Source: Octopus vulgaris
Lineage: Eukaryota
Assembly (NCBI GenBank): GCA_951406725.2
Contig: OX597838.1
Location: 37,076,001 to 37,140,000 of the forward strand
Length of the DNA stretch: 64,000 bases
Direction: 5' to 3'
The first letter of the stretch is position 1, and each line of letters begins with the position of its first letter. Below the pieces are notes generated by a model that did no database searches, had not been told where the DNA came from, and worked only from the letters and a program-made list of their open reading frames with translations. The translations under genes were made by a program, and so were the position numbers. Shown piece by piece: positions 1 through 11,556 of this stretch.

Positions 1-440
1 AAGGCGGTGCTCCAGCATGGCCACAGCCAAATGACTGAAACAGGTAATAGAATGTCACCACCAGTGGGGCATACATTTTCCTGGAAAGTTAATGGGAGTG
101 GGGGGGGCAGGGGTGGAAATAAGTTGGGAAACAAGGCACTAAACCTTCTGTGTGTCTGAAACTGTAAATGGTGATGTTTCATTTGTCACAGCATCATCAT
201 CATCGTCATCATCATCATCATCGTCATCATCATCATCATCGTCGTGTCCATGTTTCACCCTGGGCACTTTGGTTAGCTCTGATGACCCCCATGGACTGCA
301 TCATGCTCTAGTGTCTGCTTTGGCACGGTTTCTATTGCTGGATGCTCTTCCTAGCCATCCTGTCTCTTTATTCAGGCACAGGACATCAGTGACTCCATTA
401 TCGGTTATTATTATTATTATTATTATTTATTATTTATTTA

Positions 441-1118
441 TTTATTGCCCACAGGAGGCTAAACATAGAGGGAACAAACAAGGACAGACAAAGGGATTAT
501 GTCGATTACATCGACCCCAGTATGCAACTGGTACCTTATTTATCGACCCTGAAAGGATGAAAGGCAAAGTCGACCTCGGCGGAATTTGAACTCAGAACGT
601 AGCAGCAGACGAAATACCACTAAGCATTTTGCCCAGCATGCTAACGATTCTGCCAGCTCACCACCTAGCTATTATTTATTATTATTGTGAGCAAGATTAG
701 GGTGCTAATTTTAATTTCTTTATTGCCAACAGGGGGTTAAACATAGGGGGGACAAACCAGGTGTAAAGTCGATTATATCGACTCTAGTGCGTAACTGGTA
801 TTTATTTCATCGACTCCGAAAGGATAAAAGGCAAAGTCGACCTCGGCGGAATTTGAACTCAGAATGTAGCGGCAGACTGAATACCTATTTCTGTACTACC
901 CACAAGGGGCTAAACACAGAGATGACAAACAAGGACAGACAAACGGATTAAGTCGATTACATCGACCCTAGTGCATAACTGGTATTTAATTTATCGACCC
1001 TGAAAGGATGAAAGGCAAAGTCGATCTCAGCGGAATTTGAACTCAGAACGTGACAGCAGATGAAATACCACTAAGCATTTCGCCTGGCATGCTAACGTTT
1101 CTGCCAGCTCGCCGCCTT
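441..1118 (-). mobile_element. Three tandem copies of SINE family B (tRNA-like head)
   Basis: Block gacaaacaaggacagac...gaaaggatgaaaggcaaagtcgacctcggcggaatttgaactcagaac recurs three times; the minus strand carries a B-box-like GAGTTCAAATTCC. Same family at 5642, 31183, 44283, 47170, 53883 and 58155. Confidence 0.85.
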
Positions 1119-1579
1119 AGTTTGCTATTTTTAACAGGTCATGCAACAACTTCAAAGCTTCCTCTTTGAGTCATGTGTGCATATGGTGTGCATGTGTGTG
1201 TGTGTGTGTGTGAGTGAAAGTGTGGTACCTTTGAATATGAATGTCAGAGATGCAGTGAGTACAAGGAAGAATGTGGCTATGTGACGTTTCTGAGTGCATA
1301 GGACAAGATAAGTGAGGGGGACAGACAGGCAGACAGACAAGCAGGCAGACAGGCAGGCAGACAGGCAGGCAGACAGCCATACAGACAGACTGATGGATGG
1401 ATGGATAGACTGGTTGATAGGCAGATAGACAGACAAATAGGTAAGTAGATAGACTGGTCGATAGATAGACAAATAGATAGATATATGAGAAGAGATAGGA
1501 AGAAAGGATGGAAAGAGTATGGCATATTAAAGAATATATTTGAGTGGCTTAAAGAGAGATGGTGTACCTGTACATGAAA

Positions 1580-2119
1580 GAGTAAGAGAGAGAGAGAAAG
1601 AAGAGAGAGAGAGAGAGAGAAAGGAGAGAGAGAGAAGAGAGAGAGAAAGGAGAGAGAGAGAAAGAAGAGAGACAGAGAGAAAGAAGAGAGAGAGAAAGGA
1701 GAGAGAGAGAAAGAAGAGAGAGAGAGAAAGGAGAGAGAGAGAGAAAGAAGAGAGAGAGAGAGAAAGAAGAGAGAGAGAGAAAGAAAAGAGAGAGAGAAAG
1801 AAGAGAGAGAGAGAAAGGAGAGAGAGAGAGAGAAAGAAGAGAGAGAGAGAAAGAAGAGAGAGAGAAAGGAGAGAGAGAAAGAAGAGAGAGAGAGAAAGAA
1901 GAGAGGGAGAGAGAGAAAGAAAGAAGAGAGAGAGAGGAGAGAGAGAGAGAGAGAAAGAAGAAAGAAAGAAGAGAGAGAGAGAGAAAGAAGAGAGAGAGAG
2001 AGAAAGAAGAGAGAGAGAGAGAAAGAAGAGAGAGAGAAAGAAGAGAGAGAGAGAAGAAGAGAGAGAGAGAAAGAAGAGAGGGAGAGAGAGAGAAAGAAGA
2101 GAGAGGGAGAAAGAAGAGA

Positions 2120-2152
<33 letters not shown>

Positions 2153-2990
2153 CAAGTGTTTGTGTAGAGTGCAGGTAATTAGAGAATAAGAAGCAGTGAT
2201 GTAGATAGAGAGAAAGATACTGAAGGAGAGGGAGGAAAAGTGAAAGTAGGCTAATTACAATGGTGTGGAGAGATAGAGAGAGGGAAAATTGGGTGGAGGT
2301 GGGAGGAGAGTAGATGCATGTGAGAAACCATATGAGAGAGTGTGTGTGAAAGAGTAATACCAGTTCAGAGAGGGAGAGGGGGAGAGAGAAGGGGAGAGAG
2401 AAGGGGAGAGAGAAGGGGAGAAAGAGTAGGTTATAAGAAAGGGGTATAGATAGAGAAAGAGATAAACAGAGAGGTAGAGAAGGAGAGTGAGAGAGAGAGA
2501 GAGAGACAGAGACAGAGTAGGTTGCAACCAAAGGATGTAGAGAGATAGATAAAGAGAAAGAGAGAGAGAAAAGGAGAGAGGGAACAGGTTTTAACAAAGG
2601 GATACAGAGAAAGTGATAGATAAAGAGTGAGAGGGAGAGAGAGAGGGGGAGAGAGAGAGAGAATATAGAAAGACATAGAGAAAGATAAACAGAGAGTATG
2701 TGTGCTCTGTGTGTGGTGTGTGTATGTATGTGTGTGTCGTGTGTGGTGTGTGTGGTGTGTATGTGTGTGTCGTGTGTATATGTGTATGGTGTGTATGTGT
2801 ATGTGGTGTGTGTATGTGTGTGTGGTGTGTATATGTGTATAGTTTGTATATGTATGTATATGTGGTGTGTGTGTGTATGTGGTGTGTGTGGTGTGTGTAT
2901 GTGTGTGTCGTGTGTGTGTGTGTGTGTGTATGTGTGTGTGTGTATATGTGTGTGTATGGTGTGTGTAAGAGATGGGAAATGAGTCTGTGA
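1580..2990. repeat. Long (GA)n/GAAA purine tract followed by (GT)n microsatellite
   Basis: Direct inspection; explains the low-complexity ORFs (poly-LS, poly-ER, poly-CV). Confidence 0.95.
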
Positions 2991-3053
2991 GACATTATTA
3001 AGTTTTAAAAAAGAGACAAAACAAAAAATAAAAAAAAACAATAAACATGATTA

Positions 3054-3090
<37 letters not shown>

Positions 3091-3229
3091 ATAAAAGGCT
3101 GAAATTAATGAAAAATTAATTATATTTCCATAATGTTATCAATTGCATAGAATGAGTGGGCATGGGGTAAGGGTGTGGGCAGAGACCTAGTTTTCACTTC
3201 AGACTCCTTCTTTTCATATTCTGTGTCAT

Positions 3230-4460
3230 TACTGTACAGTGTGCCGAAATGGTGTGTCATTATTAAAATTCGATTCATTACTCTACTGTGTGTCATTACA
3301 GTAATGTGTGTCATTATAGTAATGTATGTCATTACTATAATGTATGTCATTAATGTACTGCATATCATTCTTGTGCTGTAATCATTACTGTAATAATTAC
3401 TGTAATCATTACTGTAATAATCATTACAGCACTGTATTAATGTACTGTATGTCATTTCCATATTGTAATCTGTGTTATTACAATACTGTGTGTCATTACC
3501 ATAATACCTATCATTACTGTCCAGTGTCATTATTGTACAATGTCATTATTGTAGTGTCTGTCATTACAGTAATGTGTGTCATTACAGTATTGTGTATCAT
3601 TATATGTGTCATTACTGTACTGTGTGTCATTACTGCTATGCATTTTATTACAGTGCTGTTCTTCATTAATGTACCGTATATCATTACTGTATTGTACTCT
3701 GTGTCATTATGGCATGGCATGTCATTATAGTATAGCATATCATTACCATAATATCCCTCATTACTGTCCTATGTGTCATTAGTGTAATGTAAGTAACTAC
3801 TGTACTGTCATGTGTGTTATTACTGAAATGTGTGTCATTAATGTACTGCATATTGTGTTGTATATCATTACTTTTATGTGCATCATTTCAATACTGTGCA
3901 TCAATGATGTGCTGTCTATTGTTAATGTACTGTATATCATTACTGTGTTGTAATCTGTGTTATTACAGTGCTATCTGTCATTACAGTAATGTGTCTCATT
4001 ACTCTGTCATCTCTGTAGTGTGTGTCATTAATGTAATGTGTGTCTTTACTGTATCTCATGACTGTATTGTGTGTCATCAGTATACCATGTGTCATTACTC
4101 TACTTTGTGCTATTTCTATAATCATGTGTGTATCATTAATATATTGTCATTACTATACTGTGAGTCATTTTTGTACTGTGTGTCATTACCGTACTCAGTC
4201 CTTCACTACAAATGAACCTCTACAGAATCATTTGATTAACTAAAAACACCAACCATTTTCCTTCGAATCACACAACACCGTCCCACAACGGAAATACTCG
4301 TTGGGCTACGAAGTTCAAGATACATAAGATGCAATCTTCACAAATGGAATACCTTTAATCATGTCCTTACTTTAATATATACTCCTTTATTACTGTCTTT
4401 CATTATTATCCTTCTCTGTGTCATTACTGCCATGTGTCATTACCATACACTGCACTATTA
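3230..4460. repeat. Degenerate minisatellite with core TGTGTCATTA(CTGTA)
   Basis: Dozens of imperfect copies of tgtgtcatta/tatcattactgt at irregular short spacing. Confidence 0.85.
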
Positions 4461-4489
4461 GGCTGTGTGTCATTACATTTAATAATAAT

Positions 4490-4890
4490 AACAATAATAA
4501 TGAAATTATTGTATACAGTGCTCAGGTGCTCCACAACTTGTCTGAAAGTGCGTATAGAGTATATGCAGTAATGTACAAATGTCCGGAAAGCGAACAATGT
4601 ATGAGTCAGATACATGCTTGTGTGTGTATGGAGGGGAGAAATCAGGTGTAGTGTTGGTGAATTTCAGAAAGCATGGAAGTTTTTCCTAAAGTCATGGGAG
4701 CTGTGCTGTTTTCTGACTTTGTAAATATGTCCACGGGTGTTAGACGGGTGGTGTTTGAAAAGGTGCTCAGAGTTATTGTTTGTACAATGGTTGATAATTT
4801 GATGGGTGTCTGCCAAGTCAGCTGCCAGACGTCGGAGTTTCAATGTGTCCATGCCCAGGGAAGTAAGGCGTTTAGGTTGGGAGATTATGA
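4490..4890 (-). mobile_element. 5'-truncated CR1/L2-group LINE 3' end
   Basis: Minus-strand ORF 4664-4912 reads LTSLGMDTLKLRRLAADL...SNTRGHIYKVRKQHSSHDFRKNF, the L-RR and TRGH C-terminal pattern of CR1-group ORF2; simple-repeat tail near 4490. Confidence 0.75.
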
Positions 4891-4991
4891 TTTCAAGGTT
4901 TGAATGCTGCATAGTTAACAGTTTGTTGCAGGAATAGGTCTTGGAGAATGATTTTCCATTGGTTGCTGTAGGGGTGTCATATTTCTATTTT

Positions 4992-5192
4992 TTAACCCTT
5001 TACTGTTCGCATTATTCTGCCAAAATTAATCCGTTTTTATCCACATTGCCTTGAACTAATCAGGCATTACCTTGTAGCTTTGAGATTTTGATGAGGTAGT
5101 TGTTAATATTTTAAATGATATTGTAGGGTTGGTGTGAGAGACCAGATCTCACCAGTTTGAACATAAAACAGGCAGAATACATCTGGCCAGAT
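4992..5192. mobile_element. piggyBac-type MITE, partial
   Basis: Begins TTAA-CCCTTT; homologous to the reverse complement of 58748-58975; interrupted by a SINE. Confidence 0.6.
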
Positions 5193-5204
5193 ATACTCTT
5201 TTGC

Positions 5205-5410
5205 TCTTTTACTCTTTTACTTGTTTCAGTCATTTGACTGCGGCCATGCTGGAGCACCGCCTTTAGTCGAGCAAATCGACCCCGGGACTTCTTTGTAAGC
5301 CCAGTACTTATTCTATCGGTCTCTTTTGCCGAACCGCTAAGTGACGGGGACGTAAACACACCAGCATCGGTTGTCAAGCGATGTTGGAGGGGATAAACAC
5401 AGACACACAA

Positions 5411-5449
<39 letters not shown>

Positions 5450-5608
5450 CGACAGGCTTCATTCAGTTTCCGTCTACCAAATCCACTCACAAGGCTTTGG
5501 TTGGCCCGAGGCTATATTAGAAGACACTTGCCCAAGGTGCCACGCAGTGGGACTGATCCCGGAACCATGTGGTTGGTAAGCAAGCTACTTACCACACAGC
5601 CACTCCTG
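5205..5608 (-). mobile_element. SINE family A (tRNA head, CORE-like segment, internal microsatellite)
   Basis: Minus strand has A-box TGGCTGTGTGG, a B-box-like segment, the ACCTTGGGCAAGTG CORE-like motif, internal (TA)/(TG)n and an AAAAGAGT tail; more than 12 copies in the window. Confidence 0.9.
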
Positions 5609-5641
5609 GTATTTTCTGTGAGTTTGATGTAAATTGATATG

Positions 5642-5850
5642 TATTTCTTTACTGCCCACAAAGGGCTAAACATAGGGGGGGACAAACAAGGACAGACATA
5701 GGTATTAAGTCGATTACATCGACCCCAGTGCGTAACTGGTACTTTATTTATCGACCCCGAAAGGATGAAAGGCAAAGTCGACCTCGGCGGATGAAATACG
5801 GCTACGCATTTCGCTCGGCATGCTAACGGTTCTGCTAGCTCACTGCCTTC
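5642..5850 (-). mobile_element. SINE family B with internal deletion
   Basis: Homologous to the copies at 441-1118. Confidence 0.85.
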
Positions 5851-5867
5851 ACCCAGCTAAGCCTGCA

Positions 5868-5909
5868 TCCAGAGACTAGTTTCTGAGTGCTGCTCGTCAT
5901 CAGACTGGA
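5868..5909 (-). ncRNA. Minimal type-I hammerhead ribozyme motif
   Basis: Minus: UCCAGU CUGAUGA CGAG-cagca-CUCA GAAA CUAG UC UCUGGA; intact core, palindromic stem III (ACUAGU), mismatches at the base of stems I and II. Confidence 0.75.
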
Positions 5910-5924
5910 GTAGCATGGTATGAA

Positions 5925-6180
5925 TTAGTATAAACTGTGGCTTAGTAAATGACATCCTTGATGAAGTAATTTTCTTCTAAGAGGTTTCTGTTTGGATTGC
6001 TGCAATTGATCACTGGTTTGTTGGTGTTTTGTGTGAAGAATTATGTTTGTTATTAACGGCTAGTATGTTGGATATTGCTAATGGTGGTATAATTTTACAG
6101 TCTTTCTATTTAATAGTTTGTGGTACTTATGCATGTGTGGGAAATGCTTATGTAAAAGACAATATAATGCTTTGGCAATT
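5925..6180 (-). pseudogene. Decayed Penelope-like element ORF fragment (RT to GIY-YIG linker)
   Basis: Manual translation of the minus strand gives IAKALYCLLHKHFPHMHKYHKLLNRKTVKLY, then after a stop/frameshift INCSNPNRNLLEENYFIKDVIY*ATV. This resembles the PLE pattern IDKHFP..HK..KIFNRNTVK.SY...CNC...VIYKATV as recalled, not searched. Confidence 0.65.
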
Positions 6181-6248
6181 AGTTATGTATGTAGTTAGCT
6201 GCTGCGGTATTAGGTGAAGCTGAATACTTTCTGCTTGCAGTTTTTGAA

Positions 6249-6713
6249 TCATCATCATCATCATCATCATCATTTAGCGTCCGCTTTCCATGCTAGCATG
6301 AGTTGGATGGTTCAACTGGGGTCTGTGAAGCCAGAAAGCTGCGCCAAGCCCAGTCTGATCTGGCAGTGTTTCTACAGCTGGATGCCCTTCCTAACGCCAA
6401 CCACTCCATGAGTGTAGTGGGTGCTTTTTACGTGCCACCCACACAGGTGCCAGACGGAGCTGGCAAACGGCCACGGATGGATGGTGCTTTTTACGTGCCA
6501 CCGGCACGGGGGCCAGGCGAGGCTGGCAATAGCCACGATCGGATGGTGCTTTTTACGTACCACCGGCATGGGGGCCAGGCGAGGCTGGCAATGGCCACAA
6601 ACGGATGGAGATTTTATGTGCCACCGGCACGGGGGCCAGGCAAGACTGGCAATGGCCACGAATGGATGGTGCTACGTGCCACTAGCACGGGGGCCAGGCG
6701 AGGCTGGCAAATG
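6249..6713 (-). mobile_element. Short element family C (RTE-related motif, GAT tail) with ~58-60 bp tandem expansion
   Basis: Contains tttctacagctggatgcccttcctaacgccaacc and a (CAT)n end; about five units of ggtgctttttacgtgccaccggcacgggggccaggcgaggctggcaa. Confidence 0.8.
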
Positions 6714-7021
6714 TAGGCGAGATTTTGTGGCTTATCCCTGTATATTGGACTTTTTGCATTGAAGCATGTAATCTTGCAGCTCACAGTTCCTCCATTCTAG
6801 TCACAATCGCAGTCAGCTGCTTGGTGAATACCAAACAGACTCTACTTGTTTGTTATATAAATTGTACTTGTATGTTAAACATACGCAAACACAGATATAT
6901 ATGCATGTATGTGTGTATGTCTGTGCACATGTGTATACATTTATATATGTTTGTGTATTATATATATATATATAATATATTTTGCAAAACATAAATTGAA
7001 ACTGATTTGAAAATCGGAAAT

Positions 7022-7062
7022 CCACCTGAAGATTGTCATTAGACATGAAACAATTGTAGTGG
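7022..7062 (+). ncRNA. Minimal type-I hammerhead ribozyme motif
   Basis: CCAC CUGAAGA U-UGUC-auua-GACA-U GAAA CAAUUG UA GUGG; intact core, palindromic stem III ACAAUUGU, GUA cleavage triplet. Confidence 0.8.
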
Positions 7063-7435
7063 CGGTTTTTTTACTTTTTATTAAAATTTTATGTATTGAT
7101 TAAGTCTTTCCTTGTTTGTTTTGCAAAATAGTGGTTTTGTCTCTAATTGATATTATATAATATTTTACTATAAAATTGGATTTAATCCTAAATCTGATTT
7201 TTTCCCTGTAAATTTGGATTTATTCCCTAATATTTATTATTATATATATATATATATATACAGATACATACATATATATATATATATATATGCATATATA
7301 TATATATATGTATATTTTAAAATAAACATACAAATTTCCGCACAAAGCACGTAGTCTATGCCCTAGGGACGTAACTTCAACCGTGTTCTTTCTGATGTGA
7401 ATTTGCTACCCAGGTATCGGTTATCTTTCAAATTA

Positions 7436-7804
7436 TCTCTCTATATATAAACGGCAGTTTGTCTGTGTGTGTTTCTGTGTGTCTGTTAGGTTGTACCCTC
7501 ACCCTCACCACGGCTTTCAACCGATTCTGATGAAACTTGACACACACATAGCCCAATGTCATAATTCAAAACTAACACAGCGAAAATTTTGAAAAGTTCC
7601 CCCAGTTCTGAAAAAAATCGATAAATTCGACATGGGGTCGAGAATCAAAAATACAAACAACAGAGTGCCTAGGGGACGCAACTCGACCTTTTTAACTAAA
7701 AAAATTTACCATAATTTTTTTTCCATTTTTTGGCTATAACTCTCTAAAAATGCTTTATAGTTATTTCCCTTACAAACCCGAGCAACGCCGGGCGATACTG
7801 CTAG
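7436..7804 (+). mobile_element. Non-autonomous Helitron
   Basis: 5' TC(TC)TATATATAAA, 3' hairpin CCCGAGC-aac-GCCGGG then CTAG, inserted between A and T. Confidence 0.85.
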
Positions 7805-7885
7805 TCCTTAATAAGATAATTCATTCAACTACTCAAATATATGTATATGTATGTATGTATTTATATGCATATAGGCCATGGCTAC

Positions 7886-7928
7886 TCCAGACTGATAATG
7901 AGCAAGGACTCAGAAACTGGTCTCTGGG
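7886..7928 (+). ncRNA. Hammerhead motif, decayed (G8A), same family as 5868-5909
   Basis: UCCAGA CUGAUAA UGAG-caagga-CUCA GAAA CUGG UC UCUGGG; the flanks ctactccag and tgcaggcttag are shared with the 5868 copy. Confidence 0.65.
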
Positions 7929-8689
7929 TGCAGGCTTAGTTGGATGGAGGTGCTTGTCTCCCCCTTGTAAACATAAGAACACACAGGAAATGTGTCAAGG
8001 CCGACAGGAAACGTTGATGCTTCCTAGGGTTAAAAGGCAGTGGAGTGATTCCCAGAACGATGTAGTTAGGAGGCAAACTCCTTAGCAGACAGCCATACCT
8101 TTATCTATGCCACACTTGCACCTACACACACACACACACACACACGCACACATATTTGTGTGTGCCCTAGTTCACCTGGTCACAGAACTATGAGCTAAAG
8201 TGTTCCAGCTACGACCACTGCATACCATTTTTAGGCATAATCTATCTAGGAATACATAAGCCAATGTGCTTTTCCATTTTATAGACTATGGGGTGTTTAA
8301 ATTTAATGGGATTTTACTTCGTATTTCTTTCCTACCGCGTCTTTCAAATTACTGGACAATATTTTTGCTACATATCTTAAAAAAACACATTTCCTCTTGC
8401 TATTCTTACTACTACTACTACTACTACTACTGCCACTACTACTACTACTGCTGTCCATCACCACCACCACTGTTGTTGTAGTACAAATCACTTCCTTTCA
8501 AATGTTTTAGACATAACTGCATATATGTGTGTGTGTGTGGAGAGCATATCTAAATGTATATACATGTGTATATTCATATGTGTATGCATAGATGTATGCA
8601 TGTATCAGTGTGTCAGTGTGTCTTTTAACACATTTCCATGTGTGTGTGTGTATATGCTTTTACCTCTCTCTCTCTATCTCTCTCTATCT

Positions 8690-8729
<40 letters not shown>

Positions 8730-8842
8730 GCACACACAAAAATACAAATTTATCATGTGTATGTGAAAGTGTGTTTCTCTTGACACATCTTATGTTTGTG
8801 TGCATGTGCACATACACACAATACATACATACATACATATAT

Positions 8843-8875
<33 letters not shown>

Positions 8876-8973
8876 AGGCTATATATGTGTATGCATGTAT
8901 GTTAAAGAGTTTGTGTGTATATCTTTCATTACATGTCCAGGTTTCTGTGTGCATGAATGAGTATATATGCATG

Positions 8974-9033
<60 letters not shown>

Positions 9034-9109
9034 TACACACGCACACTAACACACATATATATATATAGAGAGAGAGAAATAGGTAAGTATATTTGCACAC
9101 ACTGGCATA

Positions 9110-9150
<41 letters not shown>

Positions 9151-9188
9151 CTCTCATACACAAACACATATATTCAGGTATATGTGTT

Positions 9189-9229
<41 letters not shown>

Positions 9230-9689
9230 GTATGTGTGTGTTTATGTGAAACTTCTCATGACAGATCTCATGTTTGTGTGCATATACATGCGTGTGTATG
9301 TGTGTGTTCATGTGTATACATATGCGTCCCACCTGCATCTTTTACCTGCATGCACAGCTCACTAATTGAATATATCAGTTAGTGCTAATCTAATCAATAG
9401 CTAATTTGCCTTATTAGGCTTGCTATATTTACTTTACAGGTAACCACTGGGTTAAGCGCATGCTCACACGCATACATATGATGCACATACACACATACAC
9501 ATTGTAACAATGCATCTACACAAAAATATCCACATACAAAGCACACACACGGAACCAAAACACACATTCACACATACTTTGTAAAAATACTTCCACACAT
9601 GGCCATACAGACTAAGTTCTCAATGAACACAATAACAGTGAAAGACACTGACACACAAACGCATACACACACACTCATACATACATCTT

Positions 9690-10100
9690 AATAGATCATG
9701 AACATAGACACATACACACACATCTTTATTAGCTGGTGATCATAGACACATACACACGCAAACTCAAAACACACACGTCTTAACAGCTCATGAACATAGA
9801 CACATACACACGCAAACACAAAACACACACAAACTCAAACCAGACACGTCTTTATTAGCTCGTGAACATAGACACATACACACACGCAAACACAAAACAC
9901 ACACGTCTTAATAGCTCGTGGACATAGACACATACACACACATCTTTATTAGCTGTTGGACATAGACACATACACACACAAACTCAAAAACACACATCTT
10001 AACAGCTTATGGACATAGACACATACACACGCAAACTCAAAACACACACAAACTCAAACCAGACACATCTTAATAGCTCTTGGACATAGACACATATACA
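9690..10100. repeat. Minisatellite with core CATAGACACATACAC and variable spacing
   Basis: About eight copies of catagacacatacac, each preceded by tctt(t)a..agct. Confidence 0.8.
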
Positions 10101-10292
10101 GTCACATATACTGACGTACAGTATCCTCCCTTATTTTCCTTGTACGTATAAAACCTCTTTCCGTCTCATTACTTCCGGTCATTCTAACCTGGAGCCATTT
10201 TCAGCAAGATCTGACACAAACAAAAATACATTTCTCCATTACTTTCATTGTTTTTATTTCCCCCCCTCGTCTACGCTTAGCCTAATCTCAAA

Positions 10293-10330
10293 TTTTCTCA
10301 AGAGGAGCTTAAGCTCAAAAGTAATAAAAA
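10293..10330 (+). ncRNA. Degenerate hammerhead relic
   Basis: UUUU CUCAAGA G GAGC-uuaa-GCUC AAAA GUAA UA AAAA; same layout as the 58042 family but G5C and G12A. Confidence 0.35.
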
Positions 10331-10430
10331 CCATTTCTAGATTCTTCTCTCTCTTTCTCATTCTGATGTTAACGCTTTGTTTTTATTTCGTCTTCCATGG
10401 TGTTATTCTCATGATTATATATATATAAAT

Positions 10431-10614
10431 AGGCGCAGGAGCGGCTGTGCGGTAGGTAACTTGTTTACCAACCACATGGTTCCGGGTTCAGTCCCACTGC
10501 GTGGCACCTTGGGCAAGTGTCTTCTACTATAGCCTCGGGCCGACCAAAGCCTTGTCAGTGGATTTGGTAGACGGAAACTGAAAGAAGCCCGTCGTATATA
10601 TGTATATATATATA

Positions 10615-10667
<53 letters not shown>

Positions 10668-10905
10668 ATATATATATATGTGTGTGTTTGTGTCTGTGTT
10701 TTGTCCTCCTAGCATTGCTTGACAACCGATGCTGGTGTGTTTATGTCCCCGTTACTTAGCGGTTCAGCAAAAGAGAGCGATAGAATAAGTACTGGGCTTA
10801 CAAAAGAATAAGTCCTGGGGGTCGATTTGCTCAACTAAAGGCGGTGCTCCAGCATGGCCGCAGTCAAATGACTGAAACAAGTAAAAGAATAAAAGAAAAG
10901 AATAG
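10431..10905 (+). mobile_element. SINE family A, full length
   Basis: ggcgcaggagcggctgtgcgg...ggttcagtccc...accttgggcaagtg...gtaaaagaat tail. Confidence 0.9.
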
Positions 10906-11053
10906 AATGTATTTACGGAGATGTACTTGCATAGCAAGTGATTTGATCTGAGATCGTGTGCTGGAACGAAAACAATTGCAGCGTGGAAGGTGTTTATAAG
11001 CCATTTAAGAAACACACAAAAGCCGTTCGAATCACTTTAACATTTAAGTTTAA

Positions 11054-11104
11054 TTTGTCAAAATATTTTCGTCGCTTTAAGACCGCAACCTGTTCACTGA
11101 AAAA
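11054..11104 (-). ncRNA. Hammerhead motif with G3-C8 swapped core
   Basis: Minus: UUUUUCA GUGAACA G GUUGC-ggucuuaaa-GCGAC GAAA AUAU UU UGACAAA; stem I 6 of 7 paired, stem II 5 bp with one G-U, palindromic stem III AAUAUU. Confidence 0.65.
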
Positions 11105-11274
11105 AATCCGTGCTGCATCATGTATGTATGTTTTATTTCAAGATTTCTTGCCAATAGAAAAAGGGGCCAGCCTCTTACCAAGATTCAAGGCTCCTTCATT
11201 GGAATTTCAACATCAACAACAGGGTACTCTTGTATGTATGTATGTATGTATGTATGTATGTACGTATGCATGTA

Positions 11275-11489
11275 CACTCTTTTACTCTTTTACTTGTTTC
11301 AGTCATTTGACTGTGGCCATGCTGGAGCACCGCCTTTAGTTGAGCAAATTGACCCCAGGACTTATTCTTTGTAAGCCTAGTATCGGTCTCTTTTGCTGAA
11401 CTGCTAAGTTACGGAGACATAAACACACCAGCATTGGTTGTCAAGCGATGTTGGGGGGACAAACTCTGACATACAAACATATACACTCA

Positions 11490-11556
<67 letters not shown>

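Noticed and set aside
1277-3041. Long ORFs of 212-504 aa
   Set aside because: Pure translations of (GA)n and (GT)n microsatellites; the same applies to the YI, CV, HT, poly-L and poly-I ORFs across the window.
6421-6713. HDV-like ribozyme in the family C unit (GCCAGCCTCGCCTGGC resembles HDV P3/L3)
   Set aside because: No complementary partners for P1 or P2 could be found by eye.
7520-7545. ctgatgaaac as a hammerhead core
   Set aside because: Part of a Helitron body with no stems.
10431-10510. tRNA genes at SINE heads
   Set aside because: A and B boxes are present, but the heads continue into SINE bodies and lack a clear cloverleaf.
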